Assembly (NCBI GenBank): GCA_973895155.1
Contig: OZ316895.1
Coordinates: 22,022,558 to 22,086,557 of the forward strand
DNA: 64,000 bases
From: Marsupella aquatica
Taxonomy: Eukaryota > Plantae > Marchantiophyta
Reading direction: 5' to 3'
Part shown: in pieces, positions 51,393 through 64,000 of the stretch
Position numbering within the stretch: position 1 is the first letter of the stretch
Layout of the letters: each line of letters begins with the position of its first letter
Made by a program: the position numbers and the translations under genes
Notes under the pieces: generated by a model
Databases searched by the model: none
Told to the model about the DNA's origin: nothing
The model's input: only the letters and a program-made list of their open reading frames with translations

Positions 51393-54300
51393 TCAGGCTG
51401 AAGACCTTGCATTTGCAGTTACAGTGGTAACGGAGGCTTCTTCCAAACTCCGCCTCTTTTCTACCTTAGTGAAAGCTTCTATTATGTCACCTTCTTGCCA
51501 CTCAGCAAAATCTTCCATACCGACACCACATTCCAATCCGGCCACAACCTGTATCCATCCATCATAAGTGGTGAGTCACTGTATCAACATTATCCAGTCC
51601 TCAATGGAAACTTTCTAGAATTTGAGAGCTTAAAAGTCAAAGGACCAATATTCAGGAAAGATTCCAGTAGGATGATGTGAATCACCTCCTTGGCGATTTC
51701 CTTGACTCTCTTCAAGGAGTCCAACACACCGCTATGAACTGTGGAACCTTTCCTCATGACCTTCAGTCCACACCCTTTCACCAACTTGCCTTCAGTTACC
51801 ATACACCCTGCCACACGTCCACTACCACTTCCAAAAACGGCCCTAACTTCTGCTTGCCCAAGCGGTATCTCCTCCTGCAGCAAAAATGATAGGATCAAAA
51901 GTTGCATAGAGAAAGCAATGATATGGATGACCAAACCACAGTTCTGCTCATCACACTCAACTTGAAATGCACTAGATCCCAGGCATCCTCAACGGTACTG
52001 GAAAGCTAATGTGCAAGGTGATCCACCGAACCCTGGGGTAGGGACTGACAAATACCTCAACAACATCGAGCATTCCCTCCATGGCCTTCCGCATGTCATC
52101 CAGCAATTCGTAGATGACATCGTACTTGCGAACTTCAACTCCCTGCTTTTCAGCCATCGCTTGTATGCTGGGCTGAATACCTACGTTAAAACCTATGACG
52201 ATAGCTTGGCTTGCAGTGGCAAGATCAATGTCACTAGCGCTAACTTCCCCTACCGACTGCATCAAAAACCGCAGACCCACAGTGTTTTGTGGAAGTTCTT
52301 GCAAAGCCTCTCTTATTGCCTCAACCGAACCCTGTTCAATACATCGCACCACGATGTATGAGAAACTATAATATTTGGCTTACGAAACACATAAGCCACA
52401 GAGCAGGTAATAACAGTTATCAACTCTGGATTTGTAAAATATTTAAGCTATAACCGTTGAGACAACTAATTTAATTTGGCTCACCTGGACATCCACCTTC
52501 AACACAACATTTAGCATATGATGCTCTGTAGCGGTTCCATCTTCTCCTGCGAGGGAGTTGCCAAGGGATGCAAGGGTAACCTTGCCTTCACCAGCTTGAT
52601 CCGTTAAGCGCTGTTTTCTCAAAGCTAATGCTCGTTCTGAAGCCAAATCTCGTGCTTCATCTATAGAGTCAATAATTTCAAATTCATCCCCTGCAACGGG
52701 CACATTGCCAAGGCCAGTTACCTGCACAATGAATGCAAGAATCATTATCCAACTCTCTTTCATTTGGGGAGCATTTTCTCCGACATTAACGGGGGCTCAC
52801 AATGTGGATAGTCATCCCACTCAGACATCTTGTACCAATAAGAACATTTGTACCAATTACCCCAGATTTCGAACTTAGACAAACAATAACCACGATTGGC
52901 AAAATGGGAAACCCAGGTCAGAATCTCATCTCTAAGATCCAACAGAAACTGCTCCCACTTTTTTTCTCATTGTGACAGGCTACGGAAAGGTTGTCAGGGA
53001 GCGATCCATACTTGCACAGCTGTTGACGGCCCAGCTTCTTCTACGATCGCTCCAGTGTCATCAGTCATGGCTCGAACCTGATTATATAAGATAACCTTTT
53101 TAGTCCATCGACATCAACACGGCTAACACGACAACGTACATCTAAGGACAGCATTGACAGTCACAGGAAGCTCAGAACAACAATTTCGCACCTTTCCATA
53201 GGATTCGCCACATAGCACAACATCTCCTTTGCGTAGTGTACCGTTTTGTACAAGTAAAGTTGCCACGGTTCCCCTTGTTTTGTCAAGACGAGCCTCAATG
53301 ACAGTACCCTTGGCGTTGCGATCTGGGTTGGCCCTCAGTTCTTGGATCTGTCCCACGCACATATAAAATCAGCCATATGCAGATGTAGACACTTGATATC
53401 TCAATACAGGCTAGTAATCATACCATCTGAGATAATTATTCCTCATCAGATTTTTGGCTCGTTGAAACAGTGACTCTGAGGGAAAACTTACGGTATACTT
53501 GACTCTGACTAAAATAGCTGTATAATCTTCTCAAAAGACAATACCGCGTACCGAAAGTTTTCATATGGTAACGGGGGCAACTCTAATGTCTGACAAGGTC
53601 AAAACTCCAACATTAATCCTACCATTCTTCATGGTCGTGCAGGCTAGCACGTTAATTGTTTACAGTCAGTCAAACGTTAAAGCTCCGAAACGTACCTCTG
53701 CAATAAGCATGATGGTCTCCAACAGTGATTCCACTCCACTTCCTGCTTTGGCACTGACCTGTATCACCACGTGGACATTATCTAGCTTAGAGATGCTCGA
53801 TAGAAAAGGCTTTTCAAATGAGCATGACCGTAAGAGTTCAAATAGCTACGTTTCAAAAGGAAATATACGAACCTGTACTGCTGGAACATCACCACCCCAG
53901 TCTTCTACCATCACACCGTGAGTAGATAACTCTTGCATCACTCTCTCTGGTTGAGCTCCTTCTTTGTCCATCTGCATCAAAAAAGGTTTTCCTTGAGATG
54001 ATGCAAAATACCGTTACTCTTATCCAATAATTAGAAGACGAAGCACCAAAATCTGAACACTTTAAGAAAAACGAGCTAAACCCTGCACATTCTGCTGACT
54101 CTGTCCAGTAACGAACTTAGCTGAGGACAAACAGATTCGAAAGCCTCACTTTGTTTATGGCAACGACAAAGGGCACACCCGCGGCCTTTGCATGGGCTAT
54201 GGCTTCCAAGGATTGAGGGCGGACGCCATCATCTGCTGCCACCACAATAACTGCAATGTCTGTGACACGAGCTCCCCGTGCACGCATTGCACTAAATGCC

Positions 54301-56579
54301 TGTCAAGTAGATTGGTCACCCAATATCAGGATCACTTCAATTGTTTCTTGGTAGGACCGGACTACGATGATATATCTAAAATCCTGATGACCAGGAAAGG
54401 AAACTCCAATCACTCAAAGCTTGCAGTAATACTGTAGCCAACCTGGTGTCCAGGAGTGTCGAGGAAAACACAGTCTTGCTGTTCATCGCCCACTTGCACA
54501 AGCACACGGTAAGCACCAATTCCCTGTGTAATTCCACCAGCTTCACCAGCAGCAACCTGCAGAAAATTCAAAAAAGCCCGCCTTTCACAATCTCAACCAA
54601 GAAAAAGTGGCTGGTCGGTTGAGCACCATCCCCAGTCCTCAACATAATAAATTCTGAGAAAAGTTTCAACGCCATCGGATATTTAGGTAACTTCAGAGTG
54701 AGTATTTTGGACAATCAATTCATTCCCCAGACCCGCAACTTGTTCAAACTATCGCCCTAGCATAAAAATAAAAGTGGCCAGGTTGACCGGAACGGTCTTA
54801 ATCGTTAACTTTGAAGGGTTATTAACGATTCTCACCTTTGATTTTCTGATGTAGTCCAGCAGAGACGTCTGCAGGAGAAACAGAGAAAAACAGTCAAGGG
54901 ACAGATATAACAAAACAACCTGTCAATTCAATTTATTCAACGCTGAAGAAGAAAATTCTTCCAGGAACAGAGATGGAAGTCTCTCGGAAGTCAAAAGCAT
55001 AGTGTAATTCATGCCACAATTTGACTTATATTCTTGAACAAGTCCAGAAGGTGTTCGCGACACAAAATTGAGATAACCCATCCAGTGATTTTAAAAAAAG
55101 GCTGTCACAGAAACGCGGCCAGCCCAGGCAGAGACTGCAAATGCTCGATACAAGATAAACTCTCAAAATCATGATTTAAAGAATCTAACTCTCAAATTCA
55201 AAAAATCCTGGGCGTCGGTGCATCATTGCTCCCCTCGTAGAAACACCAGATGAAGGCCAGAGAAAAATTACCTTGCCATGGTCGACATGTCCCATGATGG
55301 TGACTACCGGGGGACGGACTTCAAGGTACTCCAGATCTTCCTCATCCAGAAATTCGGTGGTCTTCTTTGCCATTTCCTCAACCTTGATAGTCCCAGCTTC
55401 CACGACCTCCACTTCGAATTCATGACAGACCAGACGAACTGTCTCTTCATCCAAGGTTTGATTCACCATAGTGGCAATTCCCTTCATAAACAGAGTCTTC
55501 ACCACCTCACCGTCATTCACCGCCAGTTTAGCTGCCAAATCGGCCACAGACATTCCTTCCTTGCCAACCTCGAGAATGTCAACTTTGACAGGGGCTGCTG
55601 CTCTGGCTGCCTCAGCTTTCACGGCCTTCCTGCTTGCCTTGGTTTGCTTCCTGGCTCTCGGCCGGGCCAAACCCTTTCCAACAATTGCGCTGTCAAGATC
55701 CACCGCATCATCTTTCTCCCTCGCAGCCACTCTTCTCCTAGCTCCATCCGAAACACTCGACGTTTGCTTCTTTCTCCAGTCCTCCTTGCCTTTGGCAGGG
55801 GCGTTCTTGGTGAATTTCGTTGCCGCAGCTGCAGGGGAATTTGCAGCGGCAGCTCCTCCGCCGGAGGGGGCCCCTGGACGTCTAGGGGATGCACCCACAT
55901 CTCTCAAAATGGGCCCCTTCCGAGCTGGTTTCTCGCCATCCACTGCACTTCCGGAATCCGCTGGTTTAGGTCGAGTTGTCACCTGACTCCTTGCCTGCGC
56001 TCTAAAGTTGGCATCCGGTCTGAATGACTGAACCAAATCCCTGGGAGCAGCTTCTCGTTTCGCCTCTGCTCCTGCATCCCTCTGAGCTACAGTGGGCCCT
56101 CCACTGTTGGGATTCGAAGGCGTCCACTGAGTTGTGCTCCTCGGTGGTGGCCTTGCTTGTGCAGATGGTCGACTGGGCGGTTGAGCGAAAGAGGGTTTTC
56201 TTGGTGGTGCTGGTGCTGGAGCTCTCACTGGTGGTTTTGGTGCTGCTTTCAAAACTTCTTCTGGAGCTTCTGGTGCTTCTTTAGCTGATGCAGGTAATGA
56301 TGCTGATGATAATAAAGTTGAAGCAGGTGGAGAGGGAGACGCCCCAGATGATTCTTTTGATTTTTGCATGTTCTCGAGCGAAGTGAGGGCTCCCCTTACA
56401 AAAAGCGTTGTCCGTCGTCCGTCCATCCGTCCGCAGGGCGAAATCGTTTGGGACAGGGGAAGAAACTGGGCATGATTCTTAATTTTGGGCATTTGCTGGT
56501 TAGACAACGATGACCGGGAGTCCCGAATGCCGCAGAGACGTTCGAGTGAAACATTCAAGCTAACTGCAGGAGCCATCAT
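51393..56579 (-). CDS. Translation initiation factor IF-2, chloroplastic (~12 coding exons)
   Basis: Transit-peptide-like N-terminus, [15 protein letters not shown]|[75 protein letters not shown]; stop at 51393. Confidence 0.95.
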
Positions 56580-57448
56580 TGCAGGAATTCTACTCTAGTA
56601 CGTCAAATTCAGAGACCATAGAATGCTTGAAAAGCCCGTGGAGAGACACAGTGTTGTTGTCAAGCTAAGATCCCGTGCCGAGCTTCGACAAAATGCTTAA
56701 ACCAAATGTAGTAAAAATTCTACACCAGTACCTCAAAATTCAAAGACCTCAGAGTGCTCGAGAAGCCCGTGCACAGACACAGTGTTTCCAAAGCCAGAAT
56801 TCCTGTGCTGAGCTTTGGCAAAATGCTCAAACCAAATGTAGTAGTGAGCAGAGCTGCTCAGATTTCATTGAGAGAGCTTGCTCGAGAAATGCTTCGACCT
56901 ACGTGACCGAGACAGAGTGTTCAGCTCAGATTCAGCTTCACCAAAATACTTCAACCAATTGTACAGTACTTGCCAACGAGCGAATTTACGAATCAAACGA
57001 GTGCTCCAAAATCCTGAGTGAGAGAGGGGGAGAGAGAGCACAACGAGAGGTCATGCTTCTACACCAACGACAGTGCAACGATGGATTCTGCTCTGTGCCC
57101 CACCCAGCTCCTTTCCACTCCATCCACTACACTACACTACTACACTACACTAGAATTGCTCCACTACTAAAGTAAGTCTTCTCCATTGGCAGGAGCTCTT
57201 GGGCCTCGTTGTCTCGTCTCAGGCAACTCGTTCTCCATCTCCATGTCAACAAAGTAAGAAACCCTAAGGAGTGCATATTCCTCTCGTTATAATTATGCAC
57301 GTTTACACTCTTATCGCAAACTCTATCTGCTCTCAAAACCAGGGTGCGATAGGAATTGAGCACTTTTGCGCACTTATGTCATTTTTAATCTAGGACAAAC
57401 AGCATGCTCACAACGTCTCCAATCTCCCTGAGGTATTGTATGGTGGGA

Positions 57449-57580
57449 GGAGAGTATTGTTAGGGAGCCTCTAGTGGTTATTAATGTCTTTCGATTTTTC
57501 AAGAGAGGTGAGTATTGTTAGGGAGCCTCTAGTGGTTATTAATATCTTTCGATTTTTCAAGAGAGGAGAGTATTGTTAGT
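57449..57580. repeat. Tandem repeat of ~58 bp, about 2.3 copies
   Basis: gagtattgttagggagcctctagtggttattaat.tctttcgatttttcaagagag repeated. Confidence 0.85.
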
Positions 57581-60476
57581 GGGTCTTAGTGTCTTTTGAT
57601 TTTTGTTTACTTTTGTATTGTAGTGCATTTCTAAGACTCCAGATGGCTAGCGAGTCTGCTACCCAAAAGAGGACTCCCAAAATTGGGTTTTGTTGACCAG
57701 ATTTTGTTTAGCTATGGACTATTTTTGCATGTAAAGTGGGTTTATTTCCTCCTAACATGAAGTTTTGTCTTGTTTGCTTGCACATTACAATTACCCTCAC
57801 TTTCCCTGTTGTTAGTGGCTTTGGCTTAGAACTACACTCTCCCCTAATTTATGGCAGGATACAATAGTGCAATTTTTCTGTGTTAAGAAATTTGTTTTGG
57901 CTTAAACGGCCACTCTCCCCTAACCAGTGACAAGACAAAATAGCGCACTTTTATATTTTATTAAAACCACTATTGACTAATTTTAGTAACCTGGATATAT
58001 CAGGTTTTGTTTCTGGGACAGTAGTGGTTTAAGCCCATAGTTCATGATTATCCTGCAACCATTGGAAGTTGCTTTCTGCGGACCTAGTGAACTAAAATAG
58101 GTCTGCGTATCTTCTTGCAAACAGGATGAAGTAGGAGCATGGCACATATGCAAATTCCTTCTCTAGGACAAACAGTATGCTAAGAGCATCTTCAATCCCG
58201 TAATTTTGCCAAAATCCCATGAATGAGTGGACATGCTGATCTTCCAAGCTGATGCAGGCACCTATGGAGGCTGAGAAAAGACACCAGGCAGCAAATGGGC
58301 TCACCACTAGGCCAGCTATACGCTCAATTGAACCCCTATCAAGGCCACAGTACCCCATACAAGGCCTGTATATTCCGTAAAAGTTATGTAAAAGTTTTTC
58401 TAGAAGTTACATATTAACCCTAGTAGTTGCTGTGTAGAAGAAGATTGTCATCTTGAATTTTAGATTGCGAGACTTTGAAGCAATTTCAGTGCATGCAGTG
58501 GATTTGGCCTGGAAAATGTAGCTTGAGGTAGAGTACTGAAGATGTATATCCCTGCTATGGAGTTACACCCTTTTGTATCACGGAGGCGTAACTGTCAAGC
58601 TACTGTAGGTTGATATGAAAGGTTGTGACTGTTCCCCAACCAATCCAAATGAAAACTATTTTAAATACTGTCTAAGGGGGGTGGTGTGATGCACGTGTAT
58701 TAGACTGGGATAGCCCTCTGTCACTATGCTCAGGGATTTGGATCTAGCAAAATTCTCACATGCCTAATGTTTGACCTAATGGTGTCTGGACAAATCAGTC
58801 CTCCCATTTATGATAATTATATACCCGTGGCACTTGCATGGTTATTATCTGTTCGTGGCTCCAGTGTCACCATCACTAACCCGCTGCTCGAGGCAGCCAA
58901 ACTAAGGAGTTTTAGGGGAATTGCAGGAAATAGATCATTAATTGTCTATGCATACACCTGTTTGAAAGAACAGATAATCCTTAGATAGGATTGCAAATGG
59001 ATTCTAAAAGACTTTAAGAAGTACATTTAGAGTTGAAGCATGTCGTAAGTTGTATTAAAGAAGTTGTTGAGGCTACCATTCATTGAGAAAAATAAACTTA
59101 TTGTTATCCACAGTCATTCACGTACTAGTAAGCATCGTCAGTGTGATTAGGAAATCAAGAACTCATGCCAAAAACGAGAAGAATGAAAGGATTTCATAAT
59201 TTTAAAATTGGTTTACCAGAAACTTTTGTACAGTAGAAAAATCTTACTATGAAGTTTGCAAGACGATACTTGATTTGATCCAGTAAAAACTTATTTCCAA
59301 TTGATTAATCAAAGTTCTAGATTATGGAATATCCTGCAATCACCACAATCTAAAAGATTGCTTCTATCCTTTAGACGTATCTATTCATAATTGATTGCTA
59401 CTTATATACCTCAAAGTTCTCTAGTTGAAAGACTTGTATGCTAAGATGAAGATGTCAAATGCTAATGATTTGTAATACATTATACTAATAGCAAGAGAAT
59501 TTGGGGGTTTGCATGGAGATTCTATACTATTGCAAGCTACTTGGAAGTTAGTATTCAACTTCATTTGTTTAAGAAGGTTTCAAGATCCATTCTTTTCAAC
59601 TGGATCCATTTGAGATTAGTTCATATCAATGACATTTAATTTGTGGATTTATATGGAAACATCTTCTTGCACAGCAATGTTAATTATTTCCTGATGTAAC
59701 TCCTCCATCAAGAAAATCTTGAAAATCGTACTGACAAGGCCTTCTCCATCTCCCTCATATAATACATCAGCTCCTCAGCCTCCTTGAGCCTCTCAAAGTA
59801 CTTAGACTCCATCTAGTACTTGGACTACCACAGGCCCAAATAACAGATTCCCCAGCCACACAACTACTGTTGTCCATAGAGTGCCCAACATTTCATGGTT
59901 GTCTTCCACTGGGGAAGAATCCATAGCTATTGAACATCTGTTTGTGGACTCTAATCTTAGATTCCTGAGCTTTCAATGCTCCTCAACAAACCAAGTCTTC
60001 TAGGCAAGAATACATTTGGCTTAGCATTTGTTGTAGATTCCTCTTACAAGCAAAGACTCTCCTTGAAATTTCTCTTCACTGACAAGGTTAGCTTTTATAT
60101 CATAAGTACCTTTGCGGAAATATCCTATCTCATACTGATCAGTCTAGGACTACCGGTTTCATATGACGGTGATATGATCAGTCTAGGACTACAGGTTCAA
60201 GTTCTTGAAGGGAGGCTGATAGGTGCGGATGTAACAAACTGAGCAATTATTAATCAACACATTAGCATTGGTTACTGCCTCTATAAAGTTTAGCAATTTC
60301 AATTACTGTAGCATGGTTCATCCATAGGATATTTCTAGTTTTTCAAGAACTTGTTTCTAGCTACAACTTTGAGACAGCTTGTGTCTAATTACAGCAAGCT
60401 GAAGTCAATGAAAATGAATGACAAATACTAGAGGAAGCTATGATATGTTAAAGATTCTCATACATAAGCACTCCTC

Positions 60477-61331
60477 TTGGTACAACTCATCACAGGAAAA
60501 ATACTATCAAGAAAGCACTTACTTAGGGAAAAAATCAACATGAACCAAATGAGACAGGTAGATGTGGGAGTCAAAGCCCATATGAATAGATCTAAGAGTT
60601 TACAATCAAATGATCAAAGATGGGATTGTAAGTATTGTGGGCATCAAGCACACAAGCAAGTAGATTGTGGCTTGAGAAAGGCAAAGGAAAAACTGAGAGA
60701 GTTAGAAGCATTGTGGAGAAGAAGTATTCAGAAACAACCACAAAAACGACATACTCGTTCAGCTAAGGTAGATTGCATCAACAATGCAAACTACAAAGGT
60801 GCTACTTCTAAAAAGGTTCTAGAAGGTAACATGACTGAGATTGAAAATTTGGACAAGGAAAGTGAGTGGTTTGTTGACTCAGGGGCCAGTGTGCACATAA
60901 CTGGGAACCAAAAGTTGCTTTCAAAGGTAAAAAATCCTAAATCAAAGATGAGAATTACCACGGCTGGGGGCCACAAATTTTGTATTACTGGCAAGGGGTC
61001 AGTGAACATTGATGGCAAAAAAGGAATTGACAAAATTTACTATGTTCCTGGCTTGAAGAGGAATCTTCTTTCAGTGGGTCAGCTAACAGATCTTGGCCAT
61101 TGTGTCTTGTTCAATAACAAGTCTTGTTTTATATTTGATAAGGAGAATCCTACAAACATTTTCATAAAAGGCCGACGTGATCCCATGAACAACTTGTATA
61201 GTCTCTGGATGAAAGGACATGAAATAAAAAAGGCCTCTTCCAGCAGACAAAGCAAACGGACAGAAACTATCGATCATAAAAAGCTGTCTATTGCATTACA
61301 AAAATGGGTACCATCAGAGCTTGACACTTAG
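60477..61331 (+). mobile_element. Copia-derived zinc knuckle plus aspartic protease ORF fragment
   Basis: CKYCGHQAHKQVDC, WFVDSGASVHITG and YYVPGLKRNLLSVGQL. No integrase or RT follows. Confidence 0.8.
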
Positions 61332-61814
61332 TTATGACAATTCCATGTAGGGCTGTAAAGACAATCATGTACTAGTACACTTATGCATTCAATGAAGGAG
61401 AAACATCTATCTCAACATTTGCGCAAGTGACAAAAGGGACAACAAACCTTTGGAATCTTCGCATGAAGATGGGAAAACCCAAAGAAAAATGGATGCTTGG
61501 GTAAAATGACAAGTGAAAAGACCAAGGGCTACTGATGTTGGGATACATTGTACATGAATATTCATCAGTAAGACTAGTAGGGATATGGTGTTGACGGATG
61601 AGGAGGTTCAGATAGGAATAGGTTTTAATATGGAGATGAATGTAAAAACAAGGAGATCTAGATCAGTTGGCAGTTCGTTGGAATTCATATTAAATGCTGT
61701 GATACCATCATTGTGGGTATTGGGACAATCTTGGATTTACATCCCAGTTTACATCCTGATTGGGTTATCCTCTAGGTGAATGTTTCTAGTGCTTTGTGTC
61801 ATGGGCACCCATAT

Positions 61815-63560
61815 TTATAACCACTTTAGTCCAAACCAGGTAGTCTCCTCTCATTTTCTCAAGTAAACTTTTGCCAGAAACCCTGCCAAAAACCCTAAAT
61901 CTAGCCATTTGTAACAGTAAATTTGCCAAAGACCATAAATCTATCCATTTTGTAAGTGAACTTTGGAGAAAGATCACAAATCTATGGTGGAGATTGCGAG
62001 ATCCAAGGAGAGAATGAAAAGTGCTGCCACCGTTCATTTTGTTAAGGCACTCTGATATTTCCTGTGGTACAGGGTATGGTATGCACAACCACAAGTAGCA
62101 GAGTATCTAATCTAAAAATGAGACATAAGCACACTAAAACTTTGGGACCCACTTCAGTCCAAACCAAGTGGCTTCCTCTCATTTTGTACAGTGAACTTGG
62201 GCCAATCCACAAATCTACCCATTTTGCAAGTGAGCTTTAGCAAGAGTCCATAAATATGAATCCATCCATTTTATAAGTGAGCTTTTGGCCAAGGGTTATA
62301 AATGTGTGGTAGAGATTGTCAGATTTTGGCCAAAGATCATAAATCTAGGGTGGAAAATGACGGACGCATGCAAACAATACAAACTGCCGCCAGAATTCAT
62401 TTTGGAAAGACACCCTGACAGTCCCCATGGTGCCTGGTCTGATATGCACCACCACAAGTAGTAGAGTCATAGCCTAAGACACACCTAAAATGGACATGAC
62501 TCATAAGCACACAAAAGCTTAAATGGGACCCACTTCAGTCCAAACCAAACTGGCTTCCTCTCAGTTTGTGAGTGAGCTTTAGCCAAAGCCCATAAATCTA
62601 TCCATTTTGTAAGTGAACTTATGGCCAAAAGATTATAAATCTACGGTGAACATTAGGAAACTTTGGCCAAAGATCATAAATCTAGGGTGGAGATTGAGGG
62701 ATGGATGCACACAATACAAACTGCTGCCACCCTTCGTTTTGTAAAGACACCCTGATAGTCCCTATGGTGCACACTGTGGTATGCACCACCACGAGTAGCA
62801 GAGTCATAATCTAGAAACGCCTTTGGTGGACAAGACGCAAGCTCACAAAAAGCTTGGGACCCAAACCAAGTGGCTTCCTGTCATTTTGTAAGTGAACTTT
62901 AGCCAAAGACTATAAATCCACCCATTTTGTAAGTGAGTGTAGCCAGAGACCATAAATTTACCCATTTTATAAGTGAACTTCTTGGTGAACTTTGGCCAAA
63001 GATCATAAATGGCTAGAGCAATCTATGGTGCAGATTGAGAGACTTTGGCCAAAGATCATCTTGGGCAGGGATTGAGGGATGCATGCAAACGATACCGCCG
63101 TTCATTTTGTAGCGAAATGAGCTCAAGCAGCACCAGGAGTGGAGTTGTCATCTGTCGAGCTCTCGATCTCTGCCTCGACTCCACCTACTGGGCATGACAC
63201 ATAAGCACACAAAAAGCTTGGGACCCAATTCAGTCCAAACCAACACGCTTCCTCTCAATTTGTAACTGAAACTGTAGCCCAAGACCCTCAATCTACCCCA
63301 CTTTGTAACAGAAAATCTAGCCAAAGACCATAAATCTCTCCATTTTGTGAGTGAACTTTTGGCCCAAACATCATAAATCGACGGTCAAGATTGGGAGACT
63401 TTGGCCAAAGATAATAATCCCACGGTGGAGATTGAGCTGTGCAAAGCAAACAATACCACCGTTCATTTTGTATAGACACCCCCGATAATCCCAAGCTACT
63501 AGTCTGTATGACGAAGAAGCTAGAGCACCACGAGGAGTGGAGTCGTCATCGCTCTCGACC
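61815..63560. repeat. Higher-order tandem repeat: five diverged ~320-380 bp units built from ~40-bp subrepeats
   Basis: Unit anchor gggaccca..agtccaaaccaa.tggcttcctctca at about 61820, 62143, 62525, 62855 and 63220. Subrepeat aagaccataaatctatccattttgtaagtgaactttggcc. Confidence 0.88.
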
Positions 63561-63849
63561 CCGCGCCTCGACTCCACTCGCCTCTGCGTCTCTGCTCGAC
63601 TCGAGGCGCACATCTCAAGGCACACCACACGCAGCACTTAAATGGCGAGGTCCTCTGCTTCCCCTTCTTGCGCACCGATCGCGATTCTCGTCGCGCAACT
63701 CCTGCCTCCGGCGCTCACCAAGAACCGGTATGGTTCGTTTGGCATCCCGTTGTTTGGATTTGTGTTGGTTCGCGTGTGCGTGTCTCGAGTTCGCCTGACT
63801 TCCATGTCCGATCGTTTTCATTCCGAGCTGTGTCGCTCCAGTAGCCCCT

Positions 63850-63852
<3 letters not shown>

Positions 63853-63908
<56 letters not shown>
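63853..63908. repeat. (GA)n microsatellite
   Basis: About 28 perfect GA units. Confidence 0.97.
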
Positions 63909-63909
<1 letters not shown>

Positions 63910-64000
63910 GGAACGAATGATAGATCGATTGTTGAGATCCCTGATGAGGTTTTGATGCCTTCTCTGTGTCTGTGTCTGTGTCTGTCTGTATACCAACGAA

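Noticed and set aside
55278-56027. 249-aa plus-strand ORF
   Set aside because: Antisense shadow of the large IF2 exon.
58672-58700. PPT-like AAGGGGGGTGG followed by TG as the start of an LTR
   Set aside because: No second LTR copy or adjacent pol remnant found in the window.

Overview
Eukaryotic, intron-rich plant nuclear DNA. Two axonemal genes (GAS8/DRC4, CYB5D1) imply a land plant with flagellated sperm (bryophyte, lycophyte or fern grade; inference). From left to right: a full-length Ty1/copia LTR retrotransposon with TSD, PBS and PPT, inactivated by five in-frame stops; an intronless EFFECTOR OF TRANSCRIPTION (GIY-YIG) gene; a ~7 kb cluster of duplicated modules; a calmodulin-like pseudogene; plastid uroporphyrinogen III synthase; a PPR-SMR gene; an AT-rich region with a fold-back element; divergent GAS8 and CYB5D1; plastid IF2; a copia gag-protease fragment; and a higher-order tandem repeat. 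The main find is in the cluster (12.7-20.0 kb). It holds several copies of a minus-strand unit with a USE-like box, a fixed 25-bp spacer, a TATA-like box, a 310-380 nt self-complementary body and an oligo-T end. This looks like a family of Pol III (type-3 promoter) structured non-coding RNA genes. By eye I cannot match it to U6, U3, 7SL, MRP or telomerase RNA. Exon boundaries were read manually and no database searches were run.
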